A stretch of 64,000 nucleotides of DNA from Armatimonadota bacterium (GCA_041690135.1 JAWLHY010000010.1:256001-320000); one strand, 5' to 3'; numbered from the stretch's first letter, positions 47,018 to 57,177 are shown. Numbers and translations are program-made. The notes: generated from the sequence alone by a model not told the origin.

Positions 47018-47659
47018 TTACCGGGGGCCGTGCATCAGTGTGTATAGGGCGTCGAACTCTTCAGGAAGGGTCAGGAACGGCTTCAGTTCCTGCGCCTCCG
47101 GATCCGTCGGAGCGGGGTGGGTGGAAATCGTACCGACCCGCGTTTCCATATCCTGCTCCCCCAGGGCGCAGTCGAGCATCAAGAACGCGACTGTCAGCCC
47201 GGCCCGCCCGCCGGGATCCGGGATGCCCGCCATAAATACGTCGATGCCGATCAGCTCGCTTTCGGACCGAAGCTGAAACCACATCTGCTCCGGTCCAAAG
47301 GTCCCCGCCTCCGTCTGCAAGCTCATGCTCGCGAGACCCTTCCGCTGTCGGAATGCCAGGATCTGCCATCCGGCCAGTTCCGGTGCCGCATCCACGAGCG
47401 ACCGCACCGCGGGAAAAAGCTCCCGGTGACCGTCCGCGCTGATCACGAGTTCGCGCTGCGTCGCCTCCGGCTCGGTTCCGATTTCGAAAGTCAGCCCCTT
47501 CTGCACCCGGTTCAACTGCGCACCGAGCTGGTTGATGAGCGCCATCTGGCCGGGTTTCTCCGGCGTGAACGCCAGGTACGCTTCTGAATTGACGGCAAAC
47601 CAGGACCAGAAAGCTTCCTCGCGGCTCTGTTTGGAGCGGGAAAACAAGTTCTTGAACAC
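47018..47659 (-). CDS. Hypothetical protein (DUF695-associated N-terminal-like)
   Basis: GTG with SD AAGGAGG; FWSWF, LTFE, LVISADG, LVDAAP, FRQR, LDCALGE. Confidence 0.75.
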   Translation of the reverse strand: MFKNLFSRSKQSREEAFWSWFAVNSEAYLAFTPEKPGQMALINQLGAQLNRVQKGLTFEIGTEPEATQRELVISADGHRELFPAVRSLVDAAPELAGWQILAFRQRKGLASMSLQTEAGTFGPEQMWFQLRSESELIGIDVFMAGIPDPGGRAGLTVAFLMLDCALGEQDMETRVGTISTHPAPTDPEAQELKPFLTLPEEFDALYTLMHGPR

Positions 47660-47996
47660 CGCAGCCTCCTTCCCTGGATATTCACCGGGAAGGGCCCGGT
47701 TGCCTTTTTTGGGGATGGACCGCCTGAGTGTGAAGCCAGGAAGTTCCGATTGTCGGATCACTCCGCCTCGGACTGTCCTGCCTCGTGGTTATGTGCCTGC
47801 GGAGGCAGGCACCCCGGAGGGATAGGGAGCGGGGTGGATTTATCCCGTCGCGTGTCGCGGACAACGGAACGGCCCCGGGTGTGAAGTCCAACCTCGAGGA
47901 ACTGCAGCCATTAGCATAACAGGATCCAGGCTGGCCCCGTTAATACACTGCCGGCACGCACAACGTCACGCCTCGGACCCGGCCGATTGGGACCGA

Positions 47997-48791
47997 TCAG
48001 GGTTCGGAATCGCCGTAAATCTCCCGCCGTGCTTCATCGGTACGGGTTTCGGCAGGACCGGACTCGGCGTCACCGGACGGCTCACAGCGGTCCGCGTAGA
48101 CGCCCCGGTAAGCACTCGGCAGCAGATGTGCCAGCGAGAGCATGATCGTTTCCGTGCATGCCTCCAGGGTTTCGGCTCCCGGTTCGCCCGATCGCAGTTC
48201 GTAAGTCGGGCCATAACGCACCGTCACCGGCACCCGGCGCAGGCGCCGCCAGTAGTGAACCGCCTGCTCCGGACCGAACGTGACAACCGGTGCTATCCGG
48301 GGGCAGGCGCGTTTTGCCAGGAAGGCCGCGCCGGTCTTGCCGGGGATCAGGCCGCCGGTGCGACTGATCGTCCCTTCCGGGGCGAGCACGAAACAACATC
48401 CGGCTTTCAAGGCGGTCGTAGCTTGCCGCAAAGCATTGCGATCCACCCCCTCGCGGTTCAGCCACACCGCGTTGATCGCCCACTTGAGGTAGCGATTGAG
48501 CCCGGGGACGCGGGCCCAGTTGTGACCCACAAAAACCACGACCCGCCGCGGCAGCACCGCGAAGTAGATCGGCACATCGAGAGCGGAGATGTGGTTCACG
48601 ACCACGAGAACGGGGCCTACCCGCGGAAAGTGCTCCTCGCCCTCGACTGTCACCCGGCAGAGGGAATGCACCACGAGACGATTGAGCCACCGCACGACGC
48701 GGGAAGCGGGGCTCCACTTGAGCCACGAAGGATCGATTTCCGGCGACACCGTCGCGGTCGCGACTGGAGGACGAGTTGACGTGCCGGGCAT
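47997..48791 (-). CDS. 1-acyl-sn-glycerol-3-phosphate acyltransferase (PlsC family)
   Basis: NHISALD, APEGT, KTGAAFLA. Confidence 0.9.
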   Translation of the reverse strand: MPGTSTRPPVATATVSPEIDPSWLKWSPASRVVRWLNRLVVHSLCRVTVEGEEHFPRVGPVLVVVNHISALDVPIYFAVLPRRVVVFVGHNWARVPGLNRYLKWAINAVWLNREGVDRNALRQATTALKAGCCFVLAPEGTISRTGGLIPGKTGAAFLAKRACPRIAPVVTFGPEQAVHYWRRLRRVPVTVRYGPTYELRSGEPGAETLEACTETIMLSLAHLLPSAYRGVYADRCEPSGDAESGPAETRTDEARREIYGDSEP

Positions 48792-48978
48792 GGAGGCTCC
48801 TTCAAGAGAGATCCCTCCCACGACATCGTAAGAGCTCGTCTTGCTGCCTATTATCTTCGGTCCCCTCACGTTCCGCGGACCGAGGCGCGGCGACTATTTC
48901 CGGGCAGGAAGGGGCGCTCCCGTCATCCAATGGTGCCTGCGTAGAGTGCTGCCCACAGGACCTGGAGCCACGGGAAAC

Positions 48979-49893
48979 ATGACCACGCGAAGAACCGTAC
49001 TGCAAGCCGCCGCGGCGACGCTGGGAGGCGTAAGCGCCATGAACCGGAGTGTAAATGCAGCCGAGAAGCGCCGGTTGGTGCTGATTGCCGGCCAGCCGAG
49101 CCACCCGACCATGATGCACGAGTTCCGAGCCGGTTGCCTGCTGCTGAAGCGCTGCCTGGATGCGTCGCAACTCATCCGGACCGATCTCCATTTCGACGGC
49201 TGGCCCCAGGATCCCCGCGCGTTCGAGGGTGCGGATGCCGTTTGCCTCTACATGGACGGCGGCGCGAAGCATGCCGCGCTCCAGCAGGACCGCCTGCAAA
49301 CCCTCTCCGGCCTGGTGGGTCGAGGGGTGGGGTTGGGGTGCATGCACTACTCGGTGGAGGTGCCCGCGGACGTGGCCGGAAAGCAATGGCAGGACTGGAT
49401 CGGCGGCCACTACGAGCACCTCTATTCCGTGAACCCCCTCTGGGAGCCGGAGTTCGAGCGCCTGCCGGCCCACCCGATCACCCGCGGCGTTAAGCCGTTC
49501 CGGGTGAAGGACGAGTGGTACTTCAACATGCGCTTTCGCCCCGGCATGCAGGGCATCACCCCCATCCTCACCGCGAAGCCATCGGACGACGTCCGCGACG
49601 GCCCCTACGTTTACCCCAAGGGTCCCTACGAACACATCGTGGCCGCGAAGGGTCGCGATGAGCTGCTGATGTGGTGCGTGGAACGGCCGGACGGCGGACG
49701 CGGCTTCGGCTTCACCGGCGGGCACTTCCAGCTCAACTGGGGTCAGGACGACTTCCGCAAGATCGTCCTCAACGCCCTGACGTGGCTCGCCAAAGCCGAA
49801 GTGCCCGCGGGCGGCGTGGAGTCCCGCGTCACCGAGGCCGAGCTCTACCAGAACCTCGACGAAAAGCCCGGCCGCCCTACCGGCTCTAGGTGA
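48979..49893 (+). CDS. ThuA-like domain protein, Tat signal
   Basis: TRRTVLQAA, GQPSH..HE, HPITRGV, DEWYF, RGFGFTGGH. Confidence 0.88.
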   Translation: MTTRRTVLQAAAATLGGVSAMNRSVNAAEKRRLVLIAGQPSHPTMMHEFRAGCLLLKRCLDASQLIRTDLHFDGWPQDPRAFEGADAVCLYMDGGAKHAALQQDRLQTLSGLVGRGVGLGCMHYSVEVPADVAGKQWQDWIGGHYEHLYSVNPLWEPEFERLPAHPITRGVKPFRVKDEWYFNMRFRPGMQGITPILTAKPSDDVRDGPYVYPKGPYEHIVAAKGRDELLMWCVERPDGGRGFGFTGGHFQLNWGQDDFRKIVLNALTWLAKAEVPAGGVESRVTEAELYQNLDEKPGRPTGSR

Positions 49894-50077
49894 ACGCCCA
49901 TCCCCGACGGATTTGAACCACGAAGACACAAAGGACACGAAGATTGGAAAAGGACGACTCGCGTCGATAGTTGCTGTGCGTAGGTGACTCGCTGCTTTGC
50001 TTATCTGCCCGGAAACCTCTCCCAGTCTTCCACTCCGCGTCAACTCTGCGTGCTCTGCGTCTCTGCGGTGAGTCCCT

Positions 50078-51076
50078 TTACTTCCCCACAGCGGCTTTTC
50101 GTCCCACGTCGGGGTGGTTGGTGATGACGCCGTCGATCCCATAGTCCCAGAGGAAGCGGCGCATCTCCGGCTCTTCGGCGTTGAAGGTCCACACGAAGAC
50201 CTTCAGTCCGGCCTGGTGCGCCTTTCGGACCGTGCCTTTGGCGTCCAACGGGGCCGCGGAAGTGCCTTCCAGCGCGCGTCGATTGGGGGCGATGCCATTG
50301 GCATAGGAGGCGGTGTCCTTCAGGACGGCATCGGTGATCGGGGCGCTGGTCAGGAACACGAGCGGGAGGTCCGTTTTCAGTTCGTGCCGCAGCTTCTTCT
50401 GGCTGGGCGCCTCGAAAGTCTGAATGATCGCCTTTGAATCGGGCCCCCGGTAGCCGTAACGTCCCAACAACTCGAGGAGCGGGCGCTCCAGCGGCTTTCC
50501 TTCCTTCTCATGGAAGGAGGTGGGAAGCTTCGTCTCCACCAGCAGCCCGCAGCTCCGGCCGGTGGTCCCGTTCAAGTACTGGACGAGTTGGATCAGCTCT
50601 TCCAGCGTGGGCACCGTGAAGCGGGGGAGTTTTTCCCGCTCTGCGGCGGAAACCCGGCCGAAGACACGCAGCGAGCGGATTTCGTCTAATGTGAAGTCGA
50701 TTGCGTACCAGTGGCCGTTCTCTCGCTGACGTCCTGGGAAACGCGTGGCCGCATCGGTGGTCGTTTCCAGGTACAAATCGTGCAGGCAAACGAGGACGCC
50801 GTCGCGCGTGAGCACTACATCCGGCTCGATGTAGTCCGCCCCCTGCGTATGCGCCATGGCATAGGCTTCCAGGGTGTGCTCGGGCAGGTAGCCGCTCGCA
50901 CCGCGGTGAGCGATGACGATCTTGGAAGGTTTCTTGGAAGGTTCAATCTGCGCCCCAGCCGGCGGTACGCCATGTAACTCGACGGCACCTACAGTTAGGA
51001 GCGCGGAGCCGGTGAGTAACCGAAGGAATGCAGACCTGCGCATACGCGCCTGCGGGAATGAGAGGGATTCTGGCAT
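50078..51076 (-). CDS. glpQ: Exported glycerophosphodiester phosphodiesterase
   Basis: IAHRGASGYLPEHT, IEPD, LHD, ETK, WTFN. Confidence 0.9.
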   Translation of the reverse strand: MPESLSFPQARMRRSAFLRLLTGSALLTVGAVELHGVPPAGAQIEPSKKPSKIVIAHRGASGYLPEHTLEAYAMAHTQGADYIEPDVVLTRDGVLVCLHDLYLETTTDAATRFPGRQRENGHWYAIDFTLDEIRSLRVFGRVSAAEREKLPRFTVPTLEELIQLVQYLNGTTGRSCGLLVETKLPTSFHEKEGKPLERPLLELLGRYGYRGPDSKAIIQTFEAPSQKKLRHELKTDLPLVFLTSAPITDAVLKDTASYANGIAPNRRALEGTSAAPLDAKGTVRKAHQAGLKVFVWTFNAEEPEMRRFLWDYGIDGVITNHPDVGRKAAVGK

Positions 51077-51176
51077 GGAAGCAACCTTTTTGCGGATGCT
51101 GCGGGCCGAAGTGCAGCCTACTCATGTTAGCAGGGCGATGCCTAAGCGCGTCTTAACTGGGTATACGCCGGTGAAC

Positions 51177-51977
51177 TCACGCCGCTCGCTGCAGAAGCTT
51201 TCCCTCGCTCTGCGTCCACTCTTGCGCGCCCCGATAGGCCTCCAGATGGTCGATATCAAACGCAAGGTCGGCATCCGGAGTCACCAGCGCGGCAGTGCGG
51301 CAGCCGAGGAGCGCGCCCACCTTCCGCTCCAACTCCGGCACCGTGGCGCGCCGGATCAGGAGCTTGGCCACAAAGCGCCAACCGAGCAGCCTGGCCAGGG
51401 CGAGCGGGCTCTTACGAGCGGCGAAAATCCGCTCCAGGTGAGGACGAGCGGCCAGCAGCGCCGGGGCACGGACCATCACTACGCCCCCCACTTTCCACTG
51501 CCCGTCCCGCAGAGTAACGTAGTCCCGTTTCACCCCTGGAAATGCGCTTTCGAAGGCCGTCTTCTCCACCACCGGCAGGCAGAGCTCCGCATCGGACGGA
51601 CACGAACGGATGAACCGGAGGACCGACGCCGGGTTGAGAAACGGTAGGTCGGTGGCGGAGACCAGGACGCGGTCCGGCGCCCGTCCGCGGGACTGCTCCA
51701 ACCACTCCAGGGCCGCCAGGAGGTTGGAGAGGGCATTTCCTCGTTCCAGCAGGAGAGCGTCGCTCTGACGCGCCGTCGGGTCGTGCCGAAGCTCCTCCGG
51801 ACCCACCAGCACCCGGCTGCGGATACAGCCGGTCCCCTCATACGCTCGCATGGTGCGTGCCAGCAGGTTCTCCTCACCCACCCGGGCCAGAGCCTTGATG
51901 CAAGTCCCAGCTTCTTCCGCGAACTCTCCGTCGATCCGTCCTCCCGCCACCAATACCAGATCCAACTCCGTACCCAT
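51177..51977 (-). CDS. MobA-like NTP transferase family protein
   Basis: LVAGG, KAL, ATDLP, ARKSP, FDID. Confidence 0.8.
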   Translation of the reverse strand: MGTELDLVLVAGGRIDGEFAEEAGTCIKALARVGEENLLARTMRAYEGTGCIRSRVLVGPEELRHDPTARQSDALLLERGNALSNLLAALEWLEQSRGRAPDRVLVSATDLPFLNPASVLRFIRSCPSDAELCLPVVEKTAFESAFPGVKRDYVTLRDGQWKVGGVVMVRAPALLAARPHLERIFAARKSPLALARLLGWRFVAKLLIRRATVPELERKVGALLGCRTAALVTPDADLAFDIDHLEAYRGAQEWTQSEGKLLQRAA

Positions 51978-52057
51978 AGCGACCTTTCTGTTTGCCTGCG
52001 CGGCTGCTTAGCACCGGTCGCCGTTATACCCATAATCGGCCTCTCCCACCGTCTCGC

Positions 52058-52085
52058 AAATTAGGTAAAACATATACCGATTTTT
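52058..52085. promoter_or_regulatory. AT-rich imperfect palindrome upstream of globin gene, possible Rrf2-type operator
   Basis: aaatTAGGTAAAA-c-ATATACCGAtttt. Confidence 0.4.
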
Positions 52086-52173
52086 CGTTATACGGCGCAC
52101 CGGACCGGGCACCCTGATACCGGGCCCGACCACTCCTGCTGGGCATTCCCACCGACGCGAAGGACTCCACGCT

Positions 52174-52758
52174 ATGAAACACATCGACGAAGCACGCCTC
52201 GAGACCGATCTCCAGTACCGCTTTGAGTACCTGGCGGAGTTTATGGGCTTCACCGGGGAAGACATCGAGGTCATCCATGGCGCCGCCGGATTTCTGGCGC
52301 CGCTGGTGCCCACGCTGGTCGACGCCGTTTACGACAAGCTGCATGGGTACGACTGCACCTGGCGCCATTTCGTCCCGCGGCAGGCCGGTTACGAGGGGGA
52401 TATCCCCCTGCGACTGGCGGACTTGACGATGGATCATCCACAGATCGCCTTCCGCAAGCAGCACCTCGGCCGCTACCTGGAGCGCCTGGTCACCGTGCCT
52501 TACGACGCAAAGATGGTCGCCTACCTGGACATGGTTGGGAAGATCCACACCCCGACGGCCGGCAACAAGGCCATCAACGTCCCGCTGGTCCAGATGGACG
52601 CGCTGATGGGCTTCGTCGCCGATGCAATCAACGCCACGATCCTCACCTCGGACCTGCCGTCCGAGCTCAAGGTAAAGGCGGTCCGCGCGTTCTCCAAGCT
52701 GCTCTGGCTGCAAAACGACCTGATCACCCGCCATTACGCCGCGCCTGCGGCCGGATAG
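52174..52758 (+). CDS. Protoglobin-like single-domain globin
   Basis: YLAEFMGFTGED, VDAVYDKL, RKQHLGRY, YLDMVGKIH, KLLWLQNDL. Confidence 0.88.
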   Translation: MKHIDEARLETDLQYRFEYLAEFMGFTGEDIEVIHGAAGFLAPLVPTLVDAVYDKLHGYDCTWRHFVPRQAGYEGDIPLRLADLTMDHPQIAFRKQHLGRYLERLVTVPYDAKMVAYLDMVGKIHTPTAGNKAINVPLVQMDALMGFVADAINATILTSDLPSELKVKAVRAFSKLLWLQNDLITRHYAAPAAG

Positions 52759-52786
52759 CTCCAGCAGAGCCGCCATTTGATTGGGG

Positions 52787-52820
52787 AAGGGGGCAGCGTC
52801 ATCCGGCGCTGCCCCCTTTT
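52787..52820 (+). terminator. Intrinsic terminator
   Basis: AAGGGGGCAGCGTC-ATCC-GGCGCTGCCCCCTTTT. Confidence 0.8.
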
Positions 52821-52926
52821 CGCATTTGTGGAGCACCCCTCCAGGACATTTCCGCCTCTCCTCCGATCGACGTGTGAGCCATGGCCTCCGGGGTAAATAC
52901 GGTCCGACGTGGAGAGGAGAGATGAA

Positions 52927-53148
52927 ATGGCAGAGTATGGCTACACCTGGAGGTTCCGCACCAATCCCGACGGCTCCGGCATGATCGACGGTCCGGTCTC
53001 GGAGCCGCGCCGCCCCCTGCAGTTGACCCTAGAACCGGAAGATGCCGAGGCCCTGGAAGAGGAATTGGAAGGTCGCCGGGCCGACGAGCAGGACGACGCC
53101 ATCAAGAGCTTCTACGCACAGCGGGTCGACGAGGAGCAGCGTACCTGA
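52927..53148 (+). CDS. Small acidic hypothetical protein
   Basis: SD GAGGAG; 73 aa. Confidence 0.65.
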   Translation: MAEYGYTWRFRTNPDGSGMIDGPVSEPRRPLQLTLEPEDAEALEEELEGRRADEQDDAIKSFYAQRVDEEQRT

Positions 53149-53182
53149 CACCCTGCGGCCAATGGAAAGTTGAGACGAAAAG

Positions 53183-54523
53183 ATGCGGACCTTATCCGAA
53201 CGAACGACATTCTCCGGAGCCTCTGGCGAGGCGGTCGTCGAGCGCGTCCGCGAAATTGGAAAGCCCCTGGAACATTCGCAGGACCTGGATCCGTTGCTGG
53301 AGATGATCGGGGATGCCCGGTACGTTCTGTTGGGCGAGGCGTCCCATGGAACCCGCGAGTATTACACCTGGCGGGCGGAGATCAGCAAGCGGCTCATCCT
53401 CGAAAAGGGGTTCTCCTTCGTGGGCGTGGAGGGAGATTGGCCGGATTGCTACCGGGTGAACCGCTTTGTGAAGGGCGCCCCCAACTCCGGCCACAGCGCC
53501 CGCGAAGTGCTCCACGCCTTCGACCGTTGGCCCACCTGGATGTGGGCCAACCGGGAAGTGGAGGAGTTTGTCACCTGGCTCCGGCAGCACAACGACGGAA
53601 TTCCCGCGGATCGGAAAGTCGGCTTTTACGGCCTGGATGTCTACAGCCTCTGGGACTCCATGCACGCTGTTCTGGATTACCTGGAACGGGTAGATCCGGA
53701 CGCCGTTCCCGCGGCGAAATGGGCCTACGGCTGCTTCGACCCTTATCAGGAGGACGTGCAGGAATATGCTCGTGCCACGCAGTGGGTCAAAGCATCCTGC
53801 GAGGAAGAAGTTGTGGCGATGCTCCAGGAGATCCGGAGGAAGGCACCGGAGTACCGCGAGCGCGACGGCGAGTCGCTATTCAATGCGGAGCAGAACGCGC
53901 TGGTGGCCAGGAACGCGGAGCTTTACTACCGCACGATGGTGCGCGGTGGCGGGCAGTCCTGGAACGTTCGCGACGGGCACATGGCGGACACGCTGGACCG
54001 CCTGATGCGGCACCACGGCCCGGAGGCAAAGGCGATCGTCTGGGAGCATAACACTCACATCGGCGACGCCCGCTTCACCAACATGGCCGACCGCGGGATG
54101 TTCAACCTTGGGCAACTCGCCCGGGAACGATACGAGGCCGACGGAGTGGTGCTCGTCGGTTTCGGCGGCCACCGGGGCAGCGTCATCGCCGGGGATGCCT
54201 GGGGAGCGCCCATGCGCCGGATGCGGGTTCCCCTGGCGCGCGAAGGGAGCTGGGAAGATGTGCTCCACACGGCCTGTCGGAGAAACTCCCTGCTGTTGCT
54301 TCGGGACGAGCACTCGCCCGATATGCTGCGGACCCGCGGCCACCGGGCCATCGGGGTGGTCTATAATCCGGAGTTCGAGTCATTCGGGAACTACGTCCCT
54401 ACCGTGCTGCCCCGCCGCTACGACGCCTTCCTCTACTTCGAGGAAACCCACGCCCTCCACCCGCTCCACATGAAAGAGCGGGAAGAGCACGAGGTCCCCG
54501 AAACCTACCCTTCCGGTGTTTAA
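53183..54523 (+). CDS. Erythromycin esterase family protein
   Basis: LGEASHGT, EGDWPD, WPTWMWAN, FYGLDVYS, WEHNTHIGDA, HRAIGVVY. Confidence 0.93.
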   Translation: MRTLSERTTFSGASGEAVVERVREIGKPLEHSQDLDPLLEMIGDARYVLLGEASHGTREYYTWRAEISKRLILEKGFSFVGVEGDWPDCYRVNRFVKGAPNSGHSAREVLHAFDRWPTWMWANREVEEFVTWLRQHNDGIPADRKVGFYGLDVYSLWDSMHAVLDYLERVDPDAVPAAKWAYGCFDPYQEDVQEYARATQWVKASCEEEVVAMLQEIRRKAPEYRERDGESLFNAEQNALVARNAELYYRTMVRGGGQSWNVRDGHMADTLDRLMRHHGPEAKAIVWEHNTHIGDARFTNMADRGMFNLGQLARERYEADGVVLVGFGGHRGSVIAGDAWGAPMRRMRVPLAREGSWEDVLHTACRRNSLLLLRDEHSPDMLRTRGHRAIGVVYNPEFESFGNYVPTVLPRRYDAFLYFEETHALHPLHMKEREEHEVPETYPSGV

Positions 54524-54786
54524 TCAAGACGGCGGTGTTGAGGAATCGGTTATGCCCGCGGAACACACGGAAAGACGCGGAAGTCGCCGAGCGAAACCAG
54601 AAGTTCGCATCTGTATTAGACCAGATTTCTGTGATGCTGATTTGCCAGGCATGCGGTTGCCACACGGTGGGGTGAACGAGATGCCCACCCCCTTTTGGCA
54701 ACCGCAGCAGTTCCTCGCCCGTGCTGGCCGTGCAGTGTGGCGTCCTGGACTCACCGCGGACTCGCAAACCAACGCGGCAATACCTC

Positions 54787-55437
54787 CTACCTTCCCGTAG
54801 AGGCAAGGATATCGCGCACCTTCAGGTTGTCGATGCGCGCGGACTGTCCGGTGATCACGAAGCGCAGTCCAGGCTTGGGCAGTCCCAGCAGCGGATCAGA
54901 CGCCTTCGCCACGTGCCCTTCGCCGACTCGCGCGATCACTTCCGATCCCACGTGTTCCACGTTCAACGTGTACCACTTGCCCGCTTCAAAGGCCGTCTTC
55001 ACCTCCGCCAGCATCGCCCGCTTGATCTCCGGGTTGCCCTTGTCCGGGTCGCGTAGAATGGCAAACCCATCCGGACGGAGCACCACGCGGAACAGGTGGC
55101 CCTTGCGGCCGGGCGTTCCCGGCTTCACGTCGAAGCTAAGCGCCAGTGCCTTGGCGCCGTCGAGGCGGAAGTCGAAGCTCACACCCAGGTTCTGGTTGGG
55201 CCGCGGGATCACCAGCACGCCGTTGTGCTTGTCTTCCGGCTTCTCCGCCAGCACCAGGGCACCCTCTTCCACGCGAAAGTCTCCGTGCGCGACGCGCCAG
55301 CCGCCGGGAACCTTGCCGGAAGAGAAATCTTCCTGAAGCGCTGTACTGGGATCTGCGGCGTGAAGTGCGAGCGGCGTCAGCACGAGGCCGGCGGGAATCA
55401 GTGCGAGGCAGGCGTTGCGAAGCAGGTTGGTCATCAT
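54787..55437 (-). CDS. Secreted beta-sandwich (DUF1080/LamG-like) protein
   Basis: Signal peptide, EDFS, GHLFRV, GKWY, IDNLKV. Confidence 0.7.
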   Translation of the reverse strand: MMTNLLRNACLALIPAGLVLTPLALHAADPSTALQEDFSSGKVPGGWRVAHGDFRVEEGALVLAEKPEDKHNGVLVIPRPNQNLGVSFDFRLDGAKALALSFDVKPGTPGRKGHLFRVVLRPDGFAILRDPDKGNPEIKRAMLAEVKTAFEAGKWYTLNVEHVGSEVIARVGEGHVAKASDPLLGLPKPGLRFVITGQSARIDNLKVRDILASTGR

Positions 55438-55642
55438 GGAAGTCCTCCGCGCCCTCTGACGTTCGCCCGCCCGCCCGGTTCACAAATACAGGACCCACCA
55501 GGGGTGAGAAACGCGACTGCGCAGTTCTCTGCGACTGCTCATTTCTCTCTCGGATCCCACGCCAAAGAGGAGTTTCCGGCAGCGCGGCGCACCATGAACT
55601 GTTGCCGCCAGGTGGGGCGGTCATCTTCCGGAGGGTGGATCG

Positions 55643-56593
55643 GTGGAACGAATCACGCGCAGAACATTGCTGGTTACCGGCATGGCTTCCGGTGCCGCAC
55701 TCCTGGGGACCCGGTCGCTGGCACTGGCCGCCGATGAGCCCCAGGTGGAGATCCGGAAGGATGTCCCCTACCTGCCCGCCGGCCGCACCGAGAAGTTGGA
55801 CCTCTACCTCCCCGCGGGCCGGCCCGCCGGCACCCGCTCTCCGGCGGTGGTGATCATCCACGGCGGCGGCTGGCGGGGCGGGGACAAGGGAGCTTCGCGG
55901 GAGATCAACATCGGGACCAACCTGGCCCGCGCCGGCTACGTTTGCGCCAGCATCAATTACAGGCTGATCCCGGCCTCCGGCGAGATGATCTGGCCGCAGA
56001 ACCTGCACGACTGCAAGAACGCCGTCCGTTACCTGCGCACCCATGCGGAAAAATACGGCATCGACCCCGAGCACGTGGGGGGGATCGGCGGGTCCGCGGG
56101 TGGGCACCTGGCGCTCATGGTGGGCTTCACCTCCGACCACCCCACCCTCTCACCCCAGCAGCCCTATCCCGGGGTCTCCGACCGTGTCCAGGCGATCGTT
56201 GACATGTATGGTGCTCCCAACCTGCTCACGCGCCAGGAGACGGACGCGGAGGGCAACCCCACCGGCAAGTTCAAGGGCGGGCCGGAGACCCTGCTCGGAG
56301 GCACCCGCGAGCAGGTGCCGGAGCGATGGCGAGAAGCTTCACCCGTCTTCCATCTAACGAAAGACGCGCCACCGGTGTTGATCCTGCACGGCAAAAAGGA
56401 CACGACCGTGGATCGCGACCAGTCGATCGAACTCGCGGCAAGACTGAAGGAAATGGGTGTGGAACACCGCCTGGAGCTCATCGACGGGGTCGGCCACACC
56501 TTCGACCTGCAAACCTGGGCGCGCAAACCCCTTCCCTACGACCTCCGCCCCATGGTGATCGGCTTTTTCGATCGCCACTTGAAGCCGGAGTGA
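55643..56593 (+). CDS. Alpha/beta hydrolase (BD-FAE/esterase), Tat signal
   Basis: TRRTLL, HGGGW, GGSAGG, HGKKD, GH. Confidence 0.92.
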   Translation: MERITRRTLLVTGMASGAALLGTRSLALAADEPQVEIRKDVPYLPAGRTEKLDLYLPAGRPAGTRSPAVVIIHGGGWRGGDKGASREINIGTNLARAGYVCASINYRLIPASGEMIWPQNLHDCKNAVRYLRTHAEKYGIDPEHVGGIGGSAGGHLALMVGFTSDHPTLSPQQPYPGVSDRVQAIVDMYGAPNLLTRQETDAEGNPTGKFKGGPETLLGGTREQVPERWREASPVFHLTKDAPPVLILHGKKDTTVDRDQSIELAARLKEMGVEHRLELIDGVGHTFDLQTWARKPLPYDLRPMVIGFFDRHLKPE

Positions 56594-56700
56594 GCTCGTT
56601 TGGCGGTACCATCACAGCATGGTTCGAGGCATACCCGTTCAGCTATCGATACGAACCACTTCCGCTACATCAGGCCTGATAACGGCGTAATGGTGAATTC

Positions 56701-57177
56701 ATGCGTGTCGAAGGTGAGTACATTAGCATGTCCGACTTGTCGTGGATAGCCGTTGACGGCACGGGCAATCTTGGCCACTTCAAAGCCGGACCTACAGGTG
56801 CCATACCTGAGAGCATCAAGGAGTCTCGAGAGGATTTGGATCGAGTTGTTGAATTCTGTGAGGAAAAACTTCAGCCGGTGACCGAAGCAGTTCTATTGCC
56901 GGGATGGAGAAGCAGGGTAAAAATCGAGCCGCACAACGAACGTTACTATATCGAAGCATTTTCCGATATGGCAACACGCGGATTCTTCACCTTTGACATA
57001 ATCTCCGCTGACTACAGAACTGGAGTGAGTGGTTACTTCAAGGTAGCCATTCCCAAAGTACCCCTGAACATTGCCGACCTACCAAACGCCATTCAGATTA
57101 TCATCGGAAAGACCAGGCTTGCCGATCTCCACTTTGGGCAGGTTGACGAGATATCGGCATCCCAACTCTTGCGGTAG
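56701..57177 (+). CDS. Hypothetical protein, AT-richer than surroundings
   Basis: 158-aa ORF; WIAVDGTGNLGHF, ATRGFFTFD. Confidence 0.75.
   Translation: MRVEGEYISMSDLSWIAVDGTGNLGHFKAGPTGAIPESIKESREDLDRVVEFCEEKLQPVTEAVLLPGWRSRVKIEPHNERYYIEAFSDMATRGFFTFDIISADYRTGVSGYFKVAIPKVPLNIADLPNAIQIIIGKTRLADLHFGQVDEISASQLLR

Noticed and set aside
29594-47659. Integron cassette array
   Set aside because: No recurring attC (RYYYAAC..GTTRRRY) sites, mixed gene orientations, no intI.
53183-54523. Macrolide resistance gene
   Set aside because: Belongs to the broad erythromycin-esterase family with no mobile context; activity cannot be inferred.
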